Counted from the stretch's first letter, positions 13,688 through 26,785 are shown. The stretch: DNA of 64,000 bases from Octopus sinensis (GCF_006345805.1 NC_043002.1:80104001-80168000), one strand, 5' to 3'. Notes: a model not told the origin generated them from the letters alone. Program-made: numbers and translations.

Positions 13688-13757
<70 letters not shown>

Positions 13758-14087
13758 CGTAGGTGTGAGTATTGGTGTGTGGGATGCGTTTGTGTGAGCA
13801 TGTGTGTATCTGCACATACACATATGAGTGTGTCTGCCGTCAACGCCAAATCATCCATTATCAAAACATCTGCGCCGACTCGTCCCATTTCATGTAGGGG
13901 ATCTTACATATATATTATATTATATTATATTGTGTGCGTGAGTGTAGGTGTGTGTGTGTGCGTGCGCGTGAGCCTGTGTGTTTTTGTGAGTGTGTGTGTG
14001 TATCTGATCGTCTACCATCAAAACAACTGCGCCCAGTTGTTTCATTCCATGTAGAGGATCTAACATATATTATATTATATTGCTTGT

Positions 14088-14307
14088 AAGGCGGAGAGCC
14101 GGCAAAATCGTTAGCGCGTCGTAGAAAATGCTTAGCGGTATTTCGCCCGTCTTTTATGTTCTGAGTTCAAGTTCCGCCAAGGGCGACTTTGCCTTTCATC
14201 CTTTCGGGGTCGATAAATCAAATACCAGTTGAGTACTGGCATCAATGAAATCGACTGTCCTGCTCCCCACAAAATCCAGGCCTTGTGCTTATAGTGGAAA
14301 AGAATAT
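14088..14307 (+). mobile_element. SINE family C monomer
   Basis: AAGGCGGAGAGCCGGCAAAATCGTTAGC head, GAGTTCAAGTTCC B-box-like, family C body. Confidence 0.85.
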
Positions 14308-14393
14308 ATATATTGTGTGTGTACGTGTTTGCATGTACTTAAATATATGTGTGTGTGTGTGTAGACAGATAGATAGAAAGGTAGATATACACA

Positions 14394-14427
<34 letters not shown>

Positions 14428-15360
14428 CATATATATATGTATCTTTTATCATTTAATTTTTAGTCATTAGACTGCAGCCATACTGGAGCATCGCCTACCA
14501 CTCTCTTGGTTCAATTCTTTCACGCACTGTCTCTCGCTTTTTCTCTCTTTCCTTCTTCCTCTCTTTCAGTCAACCTTTCTCTTCCTCTGTCAGTGTGTCG
14601 CTCTCTCTATGTTTGTCTCCCTTTTGACTGCATACTCTCCAACACATTTATTCTCTCCTTATTTTCTCATTTCTCTCCAGAATAAGATAATAAAACTCTC
14701 ATTTCTTTTATTCTCTCTCCCCCCTCTCTCTCTCTTTCCCTCTCTCTCTCTCTCTCTCTCACTCTCTCTCTCTCTCCCAGCCCTGGATCTCAGTGCCAGT
14801 TTCTTGTACACTATTCTTGTCTGACCCAGTAACCTTGTTCTTTTCCCCTATACTGCCCCCATATTTTTTCCCTCTTCTTACCTCAACTCCCACATCTTCC
14901 TCTCTTACCCTAACTTACATCGTCAACCCTTCCCATAACAATCTCACTGATTCTTACAATTTTCCCAATCTCTTCGCCTTCCTCTTCTTCTTCTATCCTC
15001 GAACTGACTGCTTGACCTCTTCTCCCGTCCTAACTCCTTCAAAGCCTGTCTCTCAGACTGCTTTTCTCTCTCTTCTTCTCTCATTACCTCTCTCTATTTA
15101 TCTCTTTTTCTTTCTCTATCCCACTCTCTTCCTCTGTATTTGGCTATTTCTCCAATTGTTCAACTGGATCTTTTATGCCATATATCTTATTCTTTATTCT
15201 TTTTCATATCCTTCCCTACATTTCTTGCCTAATTCCATTTGTCAGACATGCTAGAACTTCCAGTCCCACACTCTCTAACACTCTCTAAAACACTTCCTTT
15301 CTCTCTTTGTCTTTCACAGCACCCTCCTTTCTCTCTTACTCCTTTACTCCCTCTCTTCAT

Positions 15361-15468
<108 letters not shown>

Positions 15469-15796
15469 GTATATATATATATATATATATAATATATATA
15501 ATTCTCTCTGTAAACCCTTTTACACAACCTACTTACACTCTCCCTCACACTTCCGTTATTTTTTTTTTTTTCTGTGTCTCACCAACTCCAACATATACAG
15601 TGTTAAAACCGAAAATAGACGTCAATGGCCAGTTTTATCGCTGATAGCTTTTGTAATGTTGACCCAGGAGAGGTCAAACATCTTGTCATTTAATTAAAAG
15701 TTGGTTAGCTGCAGCCCTTACGTTAATTACCCGAGGGCAAACGTATCGCGGGAGATTTCTCCTAGCTTCCAATCCGAACCATTGAAGCTCACATGA

Positions 15797-15848
<52 letters not shown>

Positions 15849-16048
15849 ATACACACACATACACACACACAGACATTAGATATAAAAACACTCCCGCATA
15901 TATTTATAAATATACAATATATATAAAGGCAAATATAAATAAAAACATGCTAATGTATTACACCGCCCAAATAAAGACGTTTCTCCATATTACACAGACA
16001 CACACGCACACATATACACACATAATGCATAATACATATAGGCATATA

Positions 16049-16100
<52 letters not shown>

Positions 16101-16362
16101 GCACATTGTATATACTCATACAAATGATCATTCACACATACATACACACGCGCACATATACGCATACACACGGAAATAGTAGCTGGTTCACTCCGTTGCT
16201 ACTCAGAGTAACAAAGTTTTGTTGTAGGTCTGTTATTCGAGAACGAAAGCAAAACATCCCTGACCGAACTTTCAATTCCTTGGGACATACATGCATGCAT
16301 ACATACATACATATTCATACGCTATAAATATATATATTTATATTAATACATACATACCTACC

Positions 16363-16407
<45 letters not shown>

Positions 16408-16700
16408 ATATAAATAATATATACATATATGCATATATACATGCATATATGTACATACCTACATATATAGGTATATATACATGCATATATGTGTACACGA
16501 TATCAAAAAAGCGTTGAACACAATGAGAAACGAAAACATAAAAACAAAAACATAGAAACGAACTTTTTTCGAACAACGAAAAAACACTTAGAAACGAGAC
16601 ATACGACATAAAGAATATTCCCCTTCTTCAGTTGTCCCTGTTTCAACTATTCCACGTTTCGAAGGCAAATATATATATATATTATATATATATATATCTA

Positions 16701-17741
16701 CTTGCAGAAGCAACCGGCGTTGCCCGGGAATTGAAATTGTTCCCTATATATTGGAAGACAAATCCAAAATATGTTGTATAGTAATTTGTTATTCTAAATT
16801 CAATTTATATTTCAATTGGGAAATCAATTCTGAATTCATAATTCAAAAAATAGTAATAATAAACAATAATAATGAAAAGCGAAAAATGTTATATGCACAC
16901 CGTTGTTCTGGAAGAAGTTTAGGTTCATGTTCATTCATAAGTGCAGCCAAGTCTGTGATGTCATATTTTGTACGTGTGCGTGTGTATATGGGTGCGTGTG
17001 GAAGAGAGAGAGAGGGGGGGGAGAGTGAATGCCACTTAGACATCACTCTCTGTCTCACACTCACACACGCACACAAAGATATAAAAAAGATATGTGCATA
17101 TGTATTTATGTATGTACTTATACATGACAATACACCCCTTGACTGACTCACTCTCTCTCCCTCTCTCCCTCTCTCCCTCTCTCTCACACACACACACATA
17201 AACACACACACACGTACATAAATGTACACAAACGTACACACAAAGACACACGTGTGCGTGTGTGACTGATTTTTTTGTGTGAGAGAGAATAAGAGAGGGG
17301 GAGAGAGAACATTGCAAGCAATGAATGAAATAAATATAGAATGAAAAAATCGTATAAATAAACGCTCTTGTACAAGATATTTAAATTTGTGGACTTAGTA
17401 AATATTTCTTTCAGTAATTTATTGTAGTCGTTTGCAAATAGCGAATTAAAACTTAAAGTGAAAACATCAAAACAGAGAGTGAGAGGTTTTACAAATGAAA
17501 ACGGAAAACTTCAGCATTGCTATGCTAATACCGGAAGTTGACATTGAGAAACCTTTTAAAAGAAGTGAATTACATATATAAAGCAATATTATTTATTTTT
17601 AATAAAAAATACATAAATAAACTGAAGACCCTATTATATATCAGAGGTCAAACTATTCATGCATCCCAAGTATGGAAGCAATTCGCGCAGCAGTTTTCCC
17701 GTGAAAAGTGAATACACACACAGTGGTCTATTTTATATAAG

Positions 17742-17742
<1 letters not shown>
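16701..17742 (-). mobile_element. Non-autonomous Helitron
   Basis: Minus strand starts A|TC at 17742 and ends in GC hairpin CCCGGGCAACGCCGG (16714-16728), then CAAG|T (one change from CTAG|T); insertion between A and T; interior full of microsatellites. Confidence 0.6.
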
Positions 17743-17788
<46 letters not shown>

Positions 17789-17799
17789 TAAAGAGGAAA

Positions 17800-18240
17800 A
17801 TGTAGATATAGGTGCCTTTCTTATAATGTAAGCATTGTCCAAATCTAGCTAGATCAATATCAGTTGTCTTCAGCGTTTTGGTTTTCTGGACCATCTGTCT
17901 CAGAATTCCAATATGATCTAGGTGTCTGAAGACGCATGGACTCTCACCTTTCTGGATAGAGGCATGCGTGTATTTGTTTTCAATCACGTACGAGGTCACT
18001 CTTTTTGTCAATACAGGAAAGAGTTTTTACCTTCAATACCAAAGAGCGAGAATATTTCGAATTCGTTGACAGCTCAGGAATTTTCTTCCTTTTTGCACAA
18101 AGCAATCTTCTGCCTTCTTTCCAGCACGATAGAATGGTTCCTTTTTTCAAGATCTCAAGTGATAATAGTGATAAGATTTCCTCAAGTGCTAATAGAAATA
18201 AGACAAAAGATCTGATATTTATATACGAAATAAACAAGTG
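17800..18240 (-). pseudogene. Possible decayed Helitron RepHel N-terminal coding fragment
   Basis: GESPCVFRHLDHIGIL...ARFGQCLHY resembles the Helitron GPYVFRI..YHRIGSL..PKFAQLYI motif; upstream SCWKEG resembles CC..GK. Frameshifted; similarity judged by eye only. Confidence 0.3.
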
Positions 18241-20050
18241 TTGAAAGTATGATATATGTAAGCAGTAGAAATTTTTTTGATTGGTTTGAGGAATTTTATG
18301 GTATTATACTGGTCTATGCAGCATTGAACTGTTAGAAATCTTAAAACATCTCAACAAAAATGCTGATTTATGACGACAAGTAGTTTTTCGCTTAGAAGGA
18401 GCTGAAATATTATCCCTTATGGGACAATATATCAGCGCTTAGTTTAGCAATATTCTTATTGAAAATCTCAAAATATCAATGCTTTTTTATTCGAAAAATA
18501 TTTATCTAATCAATGAAACGGGGATCGTACGTCAAAATTTTACGTTTACTATTTTCCCGTGTTTCAGAATTGATGTTATTGTTATTTATGAAATTAATCT
18601 TATGTTTAAAACTATTGAGTTTTAACGCTTTGTTATAAGAAGAGTTTGCTTCGTTCCAAGATAAAACATCAAATATAATACATAATAAATTGGAGTTATT
18701 CTTTTCTTTTACCTGCAATTATTTGATATAGATAGTCACTGAAAATTAGCCAGAGGAGGGAGATCGTTATGAAAGGGCAAAATTTCTTGATACCAAAGTG
18801 AGTGCATTTATGAAGGGGTTTTATTGCTCAAGAATTTAAACTAATTATTTACAGAAATGTTGTTCTATAAAATACTTTCATTTTAAGAATTCTTGTCTAC
18901 AATAAAAAATACACATAACTCCCGTTTGCTTGTATTTAATAACATGCAACACGTATTCCTAATAATATTCTGTTTATAGTCCTGCAATATAATATATGAT
19001 CTCCGAAAGGTTAAGCATTCGATTCTATCATCTCTCCTAATACGGCAGCATTTTAGAATTAAATGTAAACTCGTTAATTTCTTTGTAACATATAATATGC
19101 TTTTACACAAAAACCTTTTATAAGTTGTGTCTGGGGAGATTAATTTTCTTTTTGTGCCTTATAATTTAACACACTCACCGGTAAAATTTCCACTTATTTC
19201 TTACTTTTATTTTCCTAAAATTTTAGTTGCGTCTTGCAACCTTTTCGATAGTCTTCATCACACGAACTCATATAAAGAATCTTGCAAACCAAATCCAAAA
19301 ATGAAATACCTGTTATAAGTGTTTTATAAAATAATCTACACCTTAGATTGAATCCCGCCAAAGCCAAATTTCTCTTTCATCCTTTAGGGCATCGATAAAA
19401 TAATGTACCAAAAAGGGTATTGGGTCGCTGTAATCTATTATCTCTCTTCCCTAAAAATCCTGCCTTGTACTTCATTTAAAAACAACATTACGAAAGTGGC
19501 GAGATGGCAGTATTGTTAGGAGATAAAGCCAGCCGAAACGCTTAGTGGCTTTTCTGAGTTCAACTTCCGTCGATAATATAATACCAGTTGAGCGCACTGC
19601 AGTCGATGTAATCCATAGGCCCCTCCTGCAAAATGTCAGGCGTTGTGCCTATAATAAAAAGAATTATACGCACTACATTTCTTCAAACAATTTTGAATTA
19701 GCGTCAATATCCTTTTATCTCCTTTTGCAAGGATATAAAGAACAATTGCATGTCATGTAATAAAACGTGCCTTAATTTACAAAGATTCAACAAAATTTGC
19801 ACATTGATGTTGTTTCTCTTGATAATGTTTATTTTAATGACAACCATAAGCTAGCAAAACAATAATAAAAAATCCCAACCATAAACATCCCGTCTTATAT
19901 GTCAAGGACTACATCTTTCACCAACCTTTAATTCATTACGACTATAGAGCATAATTCGAGAGAATATGGCGGTTTTTCTTTTTCTATACGAGTGAATAAG
20001 CAGCTAGAGAGCTTATTCGTTGTGTTATTTTGACAGGTATTCACAAATTA

Positions 20051-20255
20051 TTAACCCTTTTGTTACCATATCTCTGTTGAGATATGCTAACTTTTTTTCA
20101 ATTAATTCTTAAAATAACGAAGAATATTGTAAAATAAAATTGCCATTATTAAGCTGGCGTTTGGATCAAATTAACATGAAATGTTGATGGAAGATTTTAA
20201 TTTAGATTACTTTAGAACAGGAAGTATGTGTCATAGAACCAAGCGCGGTCTCAGA
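20051..20255 (+). mobile_element. piggyBac-like MITE, partial
   Basis: Starts TTAA|CCCTTT (TTAA target plus CCC terminus); no matching right terminus seen. Confidence 0.35.
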
Positions 20256-20395
20256 CACAGCGTGATAATTAGACAAGTTGCTATATCTATTTACTTCTTT
20301 CATACACCTCAGTGTAGAACGAAAGTCAGAGAAATTGCGCTAAATTCGAATAACAAACACACACACTTATTATTTCCAGGTGTATACATATACAA

Positions 20396-20717
20396 GTGAA
20401 GGTACATGGCTCAGTAATTACAGCGTCGGGCTCACAGTCATTATGTAGTGAGTTCGATATTCGGACCGGACTGTGTGTTGTGTTTCTTGAGAATCACACT
20501 TTATTTCATGTTGCTCCAGTTCATTCAGCTGTAGAAATGAGTTGCAACGTCGCTGGTGCTGATCTATATTGGCCTTACTCTTGGATAAGATTGGTGATTG
20601 GTGGCATGGAGAGAGCATGTTGGTATGCAAAGGCGACTGCTGGTCTTCCATAAACAATCTTGCCTCGGAGGGGAACATTGTAGGTGCAATCTCATGGCCA
20701 TTCATGACCAAAAGGGG
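20396..20717 (+). mobile_element. SINE family D
   Basis: tRNA-like head TGGCTCAGT...GAGTTCGATATTC; reverse-complement match to 37835-38146. Confidence 0.8.
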
Positions 20718-20762
20718 TATATATTCTTTATATATATATATATATATTTATTATATAGAAGG

Positions 20763-20813
20763 AGCTTCTACAGGACTAGAACTGTTTCATTCAAGAGAAA
20801 TCTTCAGGAAGCT
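20763..20813 (-). ncRNA. Type I hammerhead ribozyme motif (left arm)
   Basis: Exact reverse complement of 22956-23006. Confidence 0.7.
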
Positions 20814-21404
20814 AGTTAACAAGAATTGTATTGGCATTTATACATTTAGGCAGGTTTAAAGGGGTGGTGGGGGGGACTTTTTGGGGGTAGGCATAGCGCA
20901 AAAATATCATACTTGGGGGAGTGGTCATGGAGTCAGTGGTAAATTAGATAAAAGAATAAATAAAAGAATAAAAAAATATATAGAAGAATAGAGTTTTAGG
21001 TAAATAAGTAGATTCTCACTTATACCTATACACATATGTATACATATATACACACACACACATATACATACACACATACATACACACACACACACATATA
21101 TATATACACATATATATACATACATATATCTACATATATTTATATATATATATATACACATATATATGCATATACATATACACACACACATGTATATATA
21201 CACACACGACCACACATACATATACACACAAAAATATATATACATACACACACATACACATACACATACACACACATATCCATACACACCTGCACACACA
21301 ACACACAATCCCTATATACACATCTACATATACATATGTGTGTTTATGTATATGTAGGTACGTAGATTTATGTATGTGTGTATGTATATGTACATATGTA
21401 TAAG

Positions 21405-21435
<31 letters not shown>

Positions 21436-22955
21436 TGTGTGTAAGTTTATATGTATGTATCCGTCTGTATAATAGTAACTGCACGTTATATACTTAATAT
21501 TTATTATTATTTTTTGAGTATGCATGTATGAATAACTGCACGTATATATATTTTATTATTTATTTTTTGAGTATGATGTAAGTATGAAACATAAGAAGGC
21601 GCGTGGGTATGTGTGTAAGATAGATATATGTATACTTTTACGCATATGTGTACTTATGTGTATAGATGGATGCGCGCGTTGTGGTGTGTATGGGTACGCA
21701 TGTATATGTGTATGTGCGTGTATGTGTATATGTGTGATGTATGTGTGTGTGTATATATGTATATGTATGTATGTATATGTATGTATGTGTATATATATAT
21801 ATATATGTATATATGTATATGTATATGTGTATGTGTATGTATATGTATGTGTATGCATGCGCGTATATGTATGTATATGTATACGTGTGGGTGTGTGTGT
21901 GTATATATGTATGTATGTATGGGTGTTATGTATGTATGTATATATACGTATATTATATAATATATATATATATATATTATATATATATATATATATATGT
22001 ATTTGTATGTAGGTGTATATGTATGTGTGTATATATTTATTGGTGTATATGTATAGACTAGTCTTCTAAGAGTGTATACATGAATCTGTAGGTACGCGTA
22101 CGTATGTGTATATAGTGGATGTATGTAGATGTATGTATGTATGAATATAACGCGTGCGTGCGTGTATGTGTATGAGTGTACGAATGAGTGAGTGTGTGTG
22201 CTAATGAGTGTGCGTGCGTGAGTGAGTGCTTGTGTTCAAGAGAAAGATAAATGGACTGCGTCGTAGCCAAGATGCTTGTGACCAGCGGTCAAAGATAACA
22301 AAAGTAATAACTGAGATAATAAAATTAAAATTAGGGAATGGGTTTGTATTTGGTATGTATAGGTGTGTATGTGTAGGTATGTATAGGTACACATATGTAA
22401 TATATATATGTATATATATATATATGTGTGTATATGTATATATGTGTATATAGGGACTTGTGTGTTGTGTGTGCATGTGTGTATGTGGATTGTGTGTGTA
22501 TGTGTGTATGTGTATGTGTGTGTATGTATATATTTGTTTGTGTGTATATGTATGTGTGGGTCGTGTGTGTATATATACATGTGTGTGGGTGTAGTATATT
22601 GCATATATAGTGTATATATATATATATATATATATGTAGATATATGTATGTATATATATGTGTATATATATAGGTGTGTGTGTATGTATGTAGTAGTGTG
22701 GTGTATATGTGTGTGTGTGTGTATCTATGTATACATATGTGTATAGGTATAAGTGAGAATCTCCTTATTTACCTAAAACTCTATTCTTCTATATATATTT
22801 ATTCTTTTATTATTCTTTATTCTAATTTACCACTGACTCCTTGACCACTCCCCCAAGTATGATATTTTTGCGCTATGCCTACCCCCAAAAAGTCCCCCAC
22901 CACAACCCTTTAAACCTGCCTAAATGTATAAATGCCAATACAATTCTTGTTAACT

Positions 22956-23006
22956 AGCTTCCTGAAGATTTCTCTTGAATGAAACAGTTCTAGTCCTGTA
23001 GAAGCT
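22956..23006 (+). ncRNA. Type I hammerhead ribozyme motif (right arm)
   Basis: AGCUUC-CUGAAGA-U UUC ucuu GAA U-GAAA-CAG uucuaguc CUG-UA|GAAGCU: stem I 6 bp, full core, stem III ACAG/CUGU, GUA triplet; non-canonical U.U at the base of stem II. Confidence 0.7.
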
Positions 23007-23087
23007 CCTTCTATTAATAAATTAATTTTACTCTGCTATGTATTGAGTACCTATTTAATGTGGTTAACCCCGAATCAACCCGGGACC

Positions 23088-23126
<39 letters not shown>

Positions 23127-23170
23127 AATAAATACCCCTGTTTGGTCATATATATATATATATATATATA

Positions 23171-23380
23171 AAGGTGTAGGAGTTTCCTGTGTGGTAAGTA
23201 GCTTGCTTACGAACCACCTTGGGCAAATGTCTTCTACTATAGCCTCGGGCCGACCAAATCCTTGTGAGTGGATTTGATAGACGGAAACTAGCTGTTCGGC
23301 AAAAGAAACCGATAGGGCGGTGCTCCAGCATGAGCACAGTCAAATGAATGAAGCAAGTAAAAGAATAAAAGAGTAAAAAA
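23171..23380 (+). mobile_element. SINE family B with multiple internal deletions
   Basis: Head, middle and tail segments of B in order, but ~210 bp long and lacking the microsatellite. Confidence 0.75.
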
Positions 23381-23730
23381 GTATATGTGTGTACGTGTGT
23401 GTGTGTGTGCGTGTACGTACGCATGTATATATAAAATTCCTCTACCACAATTTATGTTTCTTATTAATAAGGCAGTAAAACGTCATATGACGGCGTTATG
23501 ATTGATGTTTCTCGCTGAGCAGGAGAATACAGAGCGATCAACACCGCAAGTCCATGAGAGATGTTGTCTCAGGACAAATACTGAAGTTACAAGCCTATCG
23601 ACAGCATCTATAAATGAAATATAATGAATAGACTTCTGTTCTAATGAAATACAGTCTGAAATCCATATGCTGCATTTTAATCAACCAGGTGGTTGAATGT
23701 TGTATTCACTTGTACATATATATATATATT

Positions 23731-24130
23731 AAGGTGGTGAGCTGACATAAGCATTAGCACGCTGGACGAAATGCTTAGCGGTATTTCGTCTGCCGTTACG
23801 TTCTGAGTTCAAATTCCGCCGAGGTCGACTTTGCCTTTCATACTTTCGGGGTCGATTAAATAAGTACCAGTTACACACTGGGGGTCGATATAATTGACTT
23901 AATCCGTTTGTCCGTCCTTGTTTGTCTCCTCTGTGTTTAGCCCCCTGTGGGTTGTAAAGAAATAGGTATTACCTCTGCCGCTACGTTCTGAGTTCAAATT
24001 CCGCCAAGGTCGACTTTGTCTTTCATCATTTAGGGGTCGATAAATTAAGCACCAGTTGCGCACCGGGGTCGATCTAATCGACTGGCCCCTTATCCCAAAA
24101 CTTTAGGCCTTGTGCCTAGCGTAGATAATT
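23731..24130 (+). mobile_element. Full-length dimeric SINE family C (body resembles a Nin/Deu-type central domain)
   Basis: Head AAGGTGGTGAGCTG..., GAGTTCAAATTCC; module TACGTTCTGAGTTCAAATTCCGCC..GGTCGACTTTG..TTTCAT..TTT..GGGGTCGA present twice. Nin/Deu similarity is recalled, not searched. Confidence 0.85.
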
Positions 24131-25433
24131 ATACAAACATACATACATAACATACATAACATACATATAGATATATATATATATATATTCATATATATTA
24201 TATTGTAATTATGTATATATGAAAAAACTTGCACAGTTTTCATTTACTAAAATATATTCGCCATGTATGGGTCAACCAGAGAATGAGTAGGTACGACGTT
24301 CGCTTCGCAACTACGTAGTTTACGGCTCGATCACACCCGCCCCCGCGCTCATACACACACATATACATAAAATAATACATACATACATACATACATACAT
24401 ACATACATACATACATAGAATAGATACTTACATTAATAGATACACGTTCATTCATCTATGTCTGTCTTTGTGTGAGCATATCAATTTGTATGTCCCAACA
24501 TCGCTCATAGTTTCTGCTGTTTTTTTTGTCCCCGTAAATTAGCAGTTCGACAAAAGACTCCATAAAGAAAAAAAGAGAAGGACCTGACTTTAAAATAAAA
24601 GACTAAACTCTTGAAGGAGCTACCCTAGAAAGGTCGTTGTCCAATAACTACAACAAGTATATCAACGTATTGTAACATCCCATAAAGAAATTTGTGGTTG
24701 CGTAGGGGCCTTCTTAACCACACATGCAAATAGATAAGGGCATGTATCAACCAGATACATTTACAAATTTACTTCATTCATATGCTCTCCTTATAGTGAT
24801 ACGTTGTATGATCAAACAAAGTTCTCAAGTTTTAAGGGCAAATGGTCAGATATTATCCGTTAATGGAATGGGTGCTAGATTATTTTTGCTTTTAGTTTTT
24901 TGCCCGGATAGTCCGTGAGTTCGAATTACGCTTCAGGCAATGCATAATATTCTTTTATCAAAGGGTTACTTCGTACTATTTTCCTTGGTGTACTCAGCAG
25001 GATATTAAATAACTGACCAGTCTAGGAAATTAAATTAGGAATTTATTATTTTGCCATTCCAACGCTAAATGTCTGTGTCATACGCCCAGCACCACAGGAA
25101 ACCGGAAATAAGCAGCAGTTTCGCGAATCATCGCTTTAGGGTGGCTGTTCAACGAACACTGGTTTTCCGTAAAATAAATAGATGAATAAATCACGTGGTC
25201 CTGCTGATCCTTTTAAACAGTCATAATGGCTATGCACTTTTATCGCAGCCTATGTGTCAAGTATATTATATATATGCGTGTTTGTATGCATTTATGTGTG
25301 AGAGAGTGAGAGTGAGAGAGAGAGTGAGAGAGAATGTTTGAGAGAGAGAATGTTTGAGAGAGAGAATGTGAGACATACACACACAGACAGAGAAAATGTA
25401 TATGTAACAGAGTAAGACAGAGAATGAGAGAAG

Positions 25434-25468
<35 letters not shown>

Positions 25469-25842
25469 GAGAAAGAAAGAAAGAGAGAGAGAGGCAAACT
25501 TAGCTGGATCGTTTCTTTAAAAATATGTAGCTTTGAGGTCGATCTCGAGGCGCAGAACCTTCTGCTGAAGCTAGCCTCGGGTTAAACAGTCTTTGAACAG
25601 GGGTCTGCTGCTATAATCTCGGATTGTGAGCGGATTTGGTTACTAAGAACTGTGAAGGAAACGTCCTGTGTATATATAAATCACGTGATCTTGTTGATCT
25701 TGTTGATAATGGTTATGCGCAGTTATTGCAACCTTTATGTCGAGCATATACATATCTTTATGGGGAGGGCGTGAACGTGTATGTACATACCTTCGTCAAA
25801 ACATAAGAAACATCTGCCTAAATCTATATATTTTTGTCTTTT

Positions 25843-26270
25843 AATTCTTTTACTTGTTTAAGTCATTTCAATGCGGCCATTCTGGAGCACCACTTTAAAG
25901 GGTTTTTAGTCGAAGAAATCGACCCCAGTACTTATTCTTGAGAAGTCTAGTTCTTATTCTACCGGTATCATTTGCCGAGCCGCTAAATTAAGGTGGGTGG
26001 TAAAAGAAGCCCGTCATATATACATACATACATATATAAATGTGTGTGTATGTGTGTGTTTGTGTTTGCCCCCTCCCCAGTATCACCTGACAACTGATGT
26101 TGGTGTGTTTACGCCCTCGTAGCCTAGCAGTTCGGCAAAAAGAGAACGATAGAATAAGTACTAAGTTTGCAAAATAATAAGTCCTGGGGTCGATTTGCTC
26201 CACTAAAAAGGCGGTGCTCCAGCATGGCCGCAGTCAATTGACTGAAACAAATAAAAGGATAAAAGAATTA
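25843..26270. mobile_element. Two SINE B 3' halves in opposite orientation
   Basis: 25843-25990 minus and ~26000-26270 plus, both carrying the GGTGCTCCAG(C/A)ATGGCCGCA tail. Confidence 0.75.
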
Positions 26271-26397
26271 AAAAAATATGCCTATGTGTGTTTGTGACAG
26301 TATTTGTGAACACCAGTGTAAAAGAATGCGTTAAGTTACGGTTCTTGGATACAATTTTGTAAAGTACCTATTTTATATAAGCAGTCTTATATACACG

Positions 26398-26713
26398 TAG
26401 CTTAGTGGCTACGGTATTCAGATCACGATCATAAGGTTCTGAGTTGATTTTCGACGACACGTTGTGTCCTTACGCAAGGCAATTCATTTCACATTGCTCC
26501 AGTTCACTTAGCTGGCAAAAACTGAGTTATACTTGCTATTAGAAGGGCCAGCTTTATCACATTCGCTGTGTGAGGTTCAATTTGCCTGAGGACTACGTTA
26601 AGGGTACACGTGTCTGTGGAGTGCTCAGCCATTTCCGCGCTAATTTCGTGAGTAGGGTCTTCCATAGATATCAGATCAACTGGAACATTCGTCGTCGTAA
26701 CCGACGGAGAGCC
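26398..26713 (+). mobile_element. Chimeric SINE: D-type head/CORE + family A 3' half
   Basis: Up to ~26540 matches D (GTTGTGTCCTT..GCAAGGC..TTTCACATTGCTCCAGTTCAC); after that matches A (AAGGGCC...ACGTTAAGGGTACACGTGTCTGTGGAGTGCTCAGCC...GTAACCGACGGAG). Confidence 0.75.
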
Positions 26714-26785
26714 AAGCTATATGTAGTTTAATGAAATTGATAACCATATACATGCATATACATAGGAAGACACGTATGGTATGGA

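Larger units (their letters stand above)
20756..23013. mobile_element. Foldback element with ~580 bp inverted arms, probably a Penelope-like non-autonomous insertion with an inverted pseudo-LTR
   Basis: 20756-~21335 is the reverse complement of ~22430-23013 (outer ~110 bp identical); each arm ends in an HHR motif and an AATAAA-like signal. Confidence 0.8.

Noticed and set aside
16600-16668. Minus-strand GAAA...CTGAAGA permuted (type II-like) hammerhead
   Set aside because: Stems II and III and an NUH triplet cannot be closed properly; probably a retroelement terminus but not supportable as a ribozyme.
20750-23020. DNA-transposon (Academ/Mutator-type) reading of the large foldback based on TAG...CTA ends
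   Set aside because: No matching 3, 4 or 9 bp TSD; arms are imperfect over microsatellite; HHR plus polyA-like signal fits a retroelement end better. Not fully excluded.
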